Assembly: GCF_001194135.2 (NCBI RefSeq)
Contig: NC_068997.1
Location: 53,930,083-53,972,350 of the forward strand
Direction: 5' to 3'
DNA length: 42,268 bases
DNA from: Octopus bimaculoides
Taxonomy: Eukaryota
The notes under the pieces were generated by a model, which had not been told where the DNA came from, searched no databases, and saw only the letters and a program-made list of their open reading frames with translations. Below, piece after piece: positions 36,900 through 42,268 of the stretch (position 1 is the first letter of the stretch; each line of letters begins with the position of its first letter). The translations under genes and the position numbers were made by a program.

Positions 36900-37300
36900 C
36901 GGTGGCTGCAATGGGTCTCATTGTCGCTGGTGTTAAAACAACCTTAGTGATGGACAGGCGAGGTAGCGTTCACCCCATCTCAATCAGAACAAGTTACTGC
37001 AATAGTTTGGGGTTCAAAACTACACAATGCGGACGTGTATGTCTTCAGGAAAGACTTGGATATTCTTCCACCCAAGTTAACGGATGAACCAACGGCCCAG
37101 GATGAGGAACCGACGAGAGCAGTTGGAAACACTTTCATACACCACACGGGCCAACAACTGAGGGGAAAAGTACATACAGGAGGGGCGAGTGGCGATGAAG
37201 AAATCAACAAAAGAACAATGTTAAGTAAAAGTACAATATCACGGTGATGATCCAGCATGACCGCAGCCACATGGCTGGAACGAATTAAAGAATAAAAGCA
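36900..37300 (+). mobile_element. 3' end of a degraded non-LTR retrotransposon ORF2 (CR1/L2/Jockey-group-like, clade uncertain) with 3'UTR and tail
   Basis: One frame gives IRTSYCNSLGFK. Another gives LHNADVYVFRKDLDILPPKLTDEPTAQDEEPTRAVGNTFIHH, like recalled LINE C-termini 'VFK..LD..L..VPDEP......RAA.SNSL.HQ'. An A-rich tail region lies at 37243-37298. Confidence 0.62.
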
Positions 37301-37670
37301 TAGAGAATAGACTTGCGTCTTTGTTAGTTTTGTGAATATGCTTGAGTTTTATAACTTGGCGATTGTATAATGAATAACATGACCTTTGTATTAAACAAGT
37401 TAATGACATTTCACTTGTCGCAGAACCTACTTAGACAATACAGTAACATCACTAAAATACATAAAACAATATCACTTAGTATACAAAGCAATATTGTTGT
37501 GTTATATTATATAAAACAACATGACCATCACTGGAATATTCTATCAGTACCACGAAAATAAGTAATACGCTTCAAAACTGGTTTATTTACAAGCTGACGT
37601 GTTTCCTTTAACTAACAATCTTCTTGGTATAACTATAATTTGCCACGGAATTACTGTATCATGTAGACTA

Positions 37671-37814
37671 GTCATGACTGTGTGGTAAGAACTTCAATTC
37701 CCGACTACATGGTTCTGCGTTTGGGTCCATTGGGTGGAGCCTTCTATTACAGCCTTAAGTCGATCTAAGACTCGTGAGTAGATTTGGTAGACGGAAACTG
37801 AAAGAAAACTGTTT

Positions 37815-37861
<47 letters not shown>

Positions 37862-38113
37862 GTGTGTAGTGTGTGTGCCTTTGTGTTTGTGCTTCTTCTC
37901 CCCCCCCACCACCACTGTTGCCACTTGAAACCGGTGTTGGTTTCCTTACGTCTCCGTAACTTAGCGATTTAGCACAAGCAGTCCGATAGAATAAATACTA
38001 GGCTTTAAAAAAGTTTAACATTGAGGTCGACTAATTCGATTAGAATTTCTTCAAGGTGGTGCCCCATCATGACCGCAGTCTAATCACTGATAGAAGTAAA
38101 AGATGGAGATAAA
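37671..38113 (+). mobile_element. Near full-length SINE, family B, with internal (CTAT)n
   Basis: TGTGTGGTAAGAAC head, GATTTGGTAGACGGAAACTGAAAG, (CTAT)n at 37815-37862, 3' body and tail GGTGGTGCCCCATCATGACCGCAGTC. Confidence 0.78.
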
Positions 38114-38190
38114 TACAAAGCAACCTGTTACTATTAGAAAATTACTGTTTGTAAATATGACAACGAGAGATATTCAGCAACAGTAATTTT

Positions 38191-38465
38191 GATTATTTGC
38201 CAACATAACATGGCAGTCCTGATTTAGGACGAATGTTGCTGTAATTTAGCCCCAGGAGACATCGTCTTCAGCTGGCTATACGACACGATCTGTGTCCTTA
38301 TATTTTCGAACAAGGGAATCTGAGTGGGGGTTCTTGATTCCCTTGTTCAAAAATATAAGGACACAGATCGTGTCGTATAGCCAGCTGGAGACGATGTCCC
38401 CTGGGGCTAAATTACAGCAAAATTCGCCCTAATCCAGGTCTGCCATGTTATGTTGGCAAACAATC
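38191..38465. mobile_element. Fold-back (MITE-like) element: 130-bp inverted arms, 15-nt spacer
   Basis: Arms 38191-38320 and 38336-38465 differ at 9 of 130 positions by manual alignment, with no indels. The spacer is TGAGTGGGGGTTCTT. Confidence 0.85.
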
Positions 38466-39050
38466 TTTAGTTCTGTTAGTAATACTTAACAAACGCCTAA
38501 CAAAGTACATTATATTATTGTTCCGTACAATATCGGATGAGTGATATATTTTTGAACCTAATATATATTCTTCAACTTTAATTAATTGCTGAATTAAGTC
38601 TAATTATGATGAATATAATTTGAGTAATATTACAAAGTCAGAGATAACTTTGGTATTATTCTGTAATTAAAATTCATATTTTAATTATATTCAAGTAGGA
38701 TAAATATGAAAATATAATAACATAAATACTCCTTGGTTTCAAACATTACATTTAATTAACTAATTATTTATAGACGAAACATTCTTTATTTCAAATTAAA
38801 ATGTTTTATTTGCAAATGAAATATATATTATACAATTACCGGCTAAATCAATTACAAGAGTGTTTTGATGTCACACCAGAGAATGCCACCTTGTTTGGAA
38901 AACCAAAACGTTGAACTGTTAGACAAGACTTTAAAACCAATGCATATATTTTCAATAAACGTATATGTTTTGATATTTCCATATATTTTGGTTACTTTTT
39001 CTTGATGTCCCATCAACGAATTTGAATGGAAAGTGATATATTAAAAAAAG

Positions 39051-39114
39051 GCAGCCTGATGAGAGGTGAGGAACTCGAAACTTTTGTTTCACTCATTGGG
39101 TTTATATGAATAAA
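39051..39114 (+). other. Hammerhead catalytic-core remnant followed by AATAAA (possible PLE terminus)
   Basis: CTGATGA (39056-62), GAG-gtgaggaa-CTC (39063-76), GAAA (39077-80), C-TTTT-G-T-T, then AATAAA at 39109-14. No stem I is formable. Confidence 0.4.
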
Positions 39115-39383
39115 ATCTGAATTTCAATACGCACTAAGTAATTAACAGGACAGCGTTTTATTCTAGATCACATAAGACACAAACTCACACACACACACTC
39201 ATACACACGTGCATACACACGGATACAAACAGACGCATACACACATAACAATGTCTGTTTTAATTTCGAGTTGTAAGAAAAAAATTGGCATCAAACTGAA
39301 GAATTTCGGTAGAATACAAATCATTTTTCGGTAGACCACATATTAACTTTGCTGTCACTTCTCGTCCAGTAAAAATATATTCT

Positions 39384-39498
39384 ATGTATGTATGTATGTA
39401 TGTATGTATGTATGTATGTATGTATGTATGTATGTATGTACGTACGTATGTATGTATATATTCATATATGTATGAATGCATGTATGCATGCAGGTAAG

Positions 39499-39547
<49 letters not shown>

Positions 39548-39973
39548 GTGTGTGTGTTTGTGTGTGCGTGTATGTATATGCATATGCATATGTGTTGGTA
39601 TGTATATATGTATATACATACATATATTTATATATATATATATATACATATTTATATATATGCATATATATAAATATACGCATACATATACATATATACA
39701 AATATATACACACACAAACACTCATACACATATACATACGCACATAGACACATGCAACACACATACATACATGTGTGTGTGTGTAGGTGTGTGTGTAGTT
39801 CTACACTTGTTACATAGCGAATCCGACAATGTAATTATGGGAGAGTAGTAAATAACGATTAAGTTAAACACGCAAGAAAGCTGACAGACAGCCAGGCATT
39901 ATATATATGTGCGTGTCTGCGTATGTGTTTGTGTGGATATATATATGTATGTATGTGTGTCTGTGCATGTGCG

Positions 39974-40066
<93 letters not shown>

Positions 40067-40307
40067 CTATATATATACATATAGATATACATATATTCAC
40101 ACACACATATATATACATATTTGTATGTATATGTATATATGTATATATGCATGTAATATATGTATCTATATATAAAGATAAATATACGAATTTATATATA
40201 TGTATGTATACATATATGTATATATATATACGCATACATATATATCTACATATAGATGTCATGTGTGTATCTATCTATCTCTATATATATGTATGTATGT
40301 ACGTATG

Positions 40308-40352
<45 letters not shown>
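39384..40352. repeat. ~1-kb mosaic of (TATG)/(TA)/(TG)/(CA) simple repeats
   Basis: Direct inspection; includes a long pure (TA)n at about 39977-40062. Confidence 0.93.
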
Positions 40353-40357
<5 letters not shown>

Positions 40358-40866
40358 CGCGCGCGCGTATTACGTGCGCAGTTCTGTAGACAGTGCATGT
40401 ATATATTGACATTTATAGCGCAATACTTAAGATGAAAGATGCAAGAGAATTTAACAAGATGACTGACGATAAATGTAATTAAAATTACGTATTAAAATAA
40501 AATTATCGGTAACATATCAATTTATTTTCATAATAAACTTTATCGATTTAACTTCACACATAACTCTAGATATTGAGGTTGAAGGGAACACAAGAAAGAT
40601 CATTTTGTCAATCATTTCGCAAGAGAATCAATAGATTCATTTATAAAGATAAATCCCTCGAGATGATTTTATCAATAACATACACTCACCAGGAAACGAA
40701 AATTAACTTGATTAATATTAAGTCTAAAGTAATTGTCTAGGTTAGCTTAACCGTGCATATTAACGTTAATATGATAATTCTATTGCTACAAACACCGAAA
40801 CAATCTTTCAATATATGTGAATATTTATGTTATATACCCGCCATGGTTTAATGTTACTCGGTCGCC

Positions 40867-41172
40867 TTGTTGTTGTTGGCACTCCGTCGCTTACGACGTC
40901 GAGGGTTCCAGTTGATCCGATCAACGGAACAGCCTGCTCCTGAAATTAACGTGCAAGTGGCTGAGCACTCCACACACACGTGTACCCTTAACGTAGTTCT
41001 CGGGGATGTTCAGCGTGACACAGTGTGACAAGGCTGACCCTTTGATATACAGGTACAACAGAAACAGGAAGAAAGAGTGAGAGAAAGTTGTGGTGAAAGA
41101 GTACTGCAGGGTTCGCCACCATCCCCTGCCGGAGCCTAGTGGAGCTTTAGGTGTTTTCGCTCAATAAACAGT
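40867..41172 (-). mobile_element. Well-preserved SINE body (family D), head missing, (CAA)n tail
   Basis: A higher-GC, CpG-retaining block. The reverse complement ends ...GTAAGCGACGGAGTGCCAACAACAACAA and resembles an abundant octopus SINE (recalled). The 5' end is replaced by a (TG)n/(TA)n tract. There is no second copy in the window. Confidence 0.6.
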
Positions 41173-41206
<34 letters not shown>

Positions 41207-41590
41207 GTCTTATTTAAACAGAACCTACAGTAAACATGAAAAGCATCATCTACTTATCGTTGCAGTCAAAATATAGTTATTATTTATAAAAAGCAGGGTC
41301 ACTTTAGATGGGTGAAGTAAATATGAGATATGCTTTGTCTCACGCAGAAACTGTAGCAATTACTCAGAGAGGTTTCAAGCTCTTCTAAATCCTTTGCAAT
41401 GTTGGAAAGCCTTCCACTTTGTCAGCTAGTATCGCCAAGTCATTAGCGTTTCGGCCCTTCGCTTGTACGCTTCACTTAAATGAAGCGAACAGGCTAAGAG
41501 GTGAAGGACTGAGCCAGATTTCACCAACAGATGGGTTCCACTTGCGGTCTCTTATCAACCATGGACATCTTGAACTAGTTTCAGTTGCCT

Positions 41591-41630
41591 TGCCGTGCCG
41601 TGCCGTGCCGTGCCGTGCCGTGCCGTGCCG
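41591..41630. repeat. (TGCCG)8 pentanucleotide microsatellite
   Basis: Eight perfect units, with TTCAGTTGC on both sides. Confidence 0.97.
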
Positions 41631-42143
41631 TTCAGTTGCTTGATAGCTTTTTTCAGTTGTCTGGGTTTCAGACTTATCGTCTTCTGGATATACTGCATTG
41701 ATCTAGATGGAACTATTATGAGAAGCGCACTTCTGGAACGCAATTGATAATAAGTCAATTCGAGCAAAGCTAACCCGTACATTTTCCAAATACAACAACA
41801 ATAACAATAAATACTACAGAATCAATTGTGCAGTCGGTCATGCAGTTAGTAGTATTTACAGTTAAATCTCTGCATAATGGGTTCCTATTTAACCCTTATC
41901 ATCTTTATTTGCTTATAGTTGTCCATCGAAAATAATTACGTATCCAGTATCTTTATTTTCTATTTGATTTTCATCGAAGCAAACAACCTTGGAAACTGTT
42001 ATTAGACTTTGCAGGACCTACATTCCGGTTACGTCTATATACAGGTTGATAGTTTTGGGGGAGTATTTCCTCCTCCACCTCTTCCTCCTCCTCCTTATCA
42101 TCATCGGCATGCTCCTCCTCCTTCTTATTTTCGGCTTCTTTTT

Positions 42144-42206
<63 letters not shown>
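42144..42206. repeat. (TAC)n microsatellite
   Basis: Direct inspection. Confidence 0.97.
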
Positions 42207-42268
42207 TTGCAGCTGCTGCTACAACTTCCAGTTCTTTCGTTACTTCTTCCTGTTATTATTATTATTAT

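Noticed and set aside
38480-38860. Very AT-rich stretch as a possible matrix-attachment region
   Set aside because: It is not distinguishable from background in an AT-rich genome.
41668-41750. DLDGTIM resembling HAD motif I
   Set aside because: The frame closes 11 codons later, there is no donor site, and a short motif like this is expected by chance.

Overview
This is AT-rich, repeat-saturated eukaryotic non-coding DNA (intron or intergenic) from a gapped short-read assembly. It has 12 N-runs, almost all bordered by (TA)n or other microsatellites. The microsatellite load and SINE families look like a coleoid cephalopod, probably Octopus; this is an inference from recall, not a database result. 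I cannot support any host protein-coding gene. Nearly all long ORFs in the supplied track are artefacts of microsatellites or N-gaps. Recognisable content is: (i) three fragments of R4/Dong-clade non-LTR retrotransposons, each next to a TAA-type repeat (760-1029, 1030-1352, 10554-10915); (ii) Penelope-like element (PLE) debris, namely an RT fragment (23795-24200) and a GIY-YIG C-terminus followed by a decayed hammerhead-ribozyme motif (10922-11040), plus two weaker hammerhead-like cores; (iii) the 3' end of another LINE whose tail is shared with a local SINE family; (iv) about 14 SINE copies from three or four families; (v) a 275-bp, about 93% perfect fold-back element and smaller hairpins; (vi) minisatellites and an isolated, strong CTCF-consensus match. 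I found no convincing new biological system. The best leads are the hammerhead-bearing PLE ends, the fold-back element, the SINE/LINE shared tail and the CTCF-like site. All family assignments come from manual translation and recalled motifs, with no searches run.
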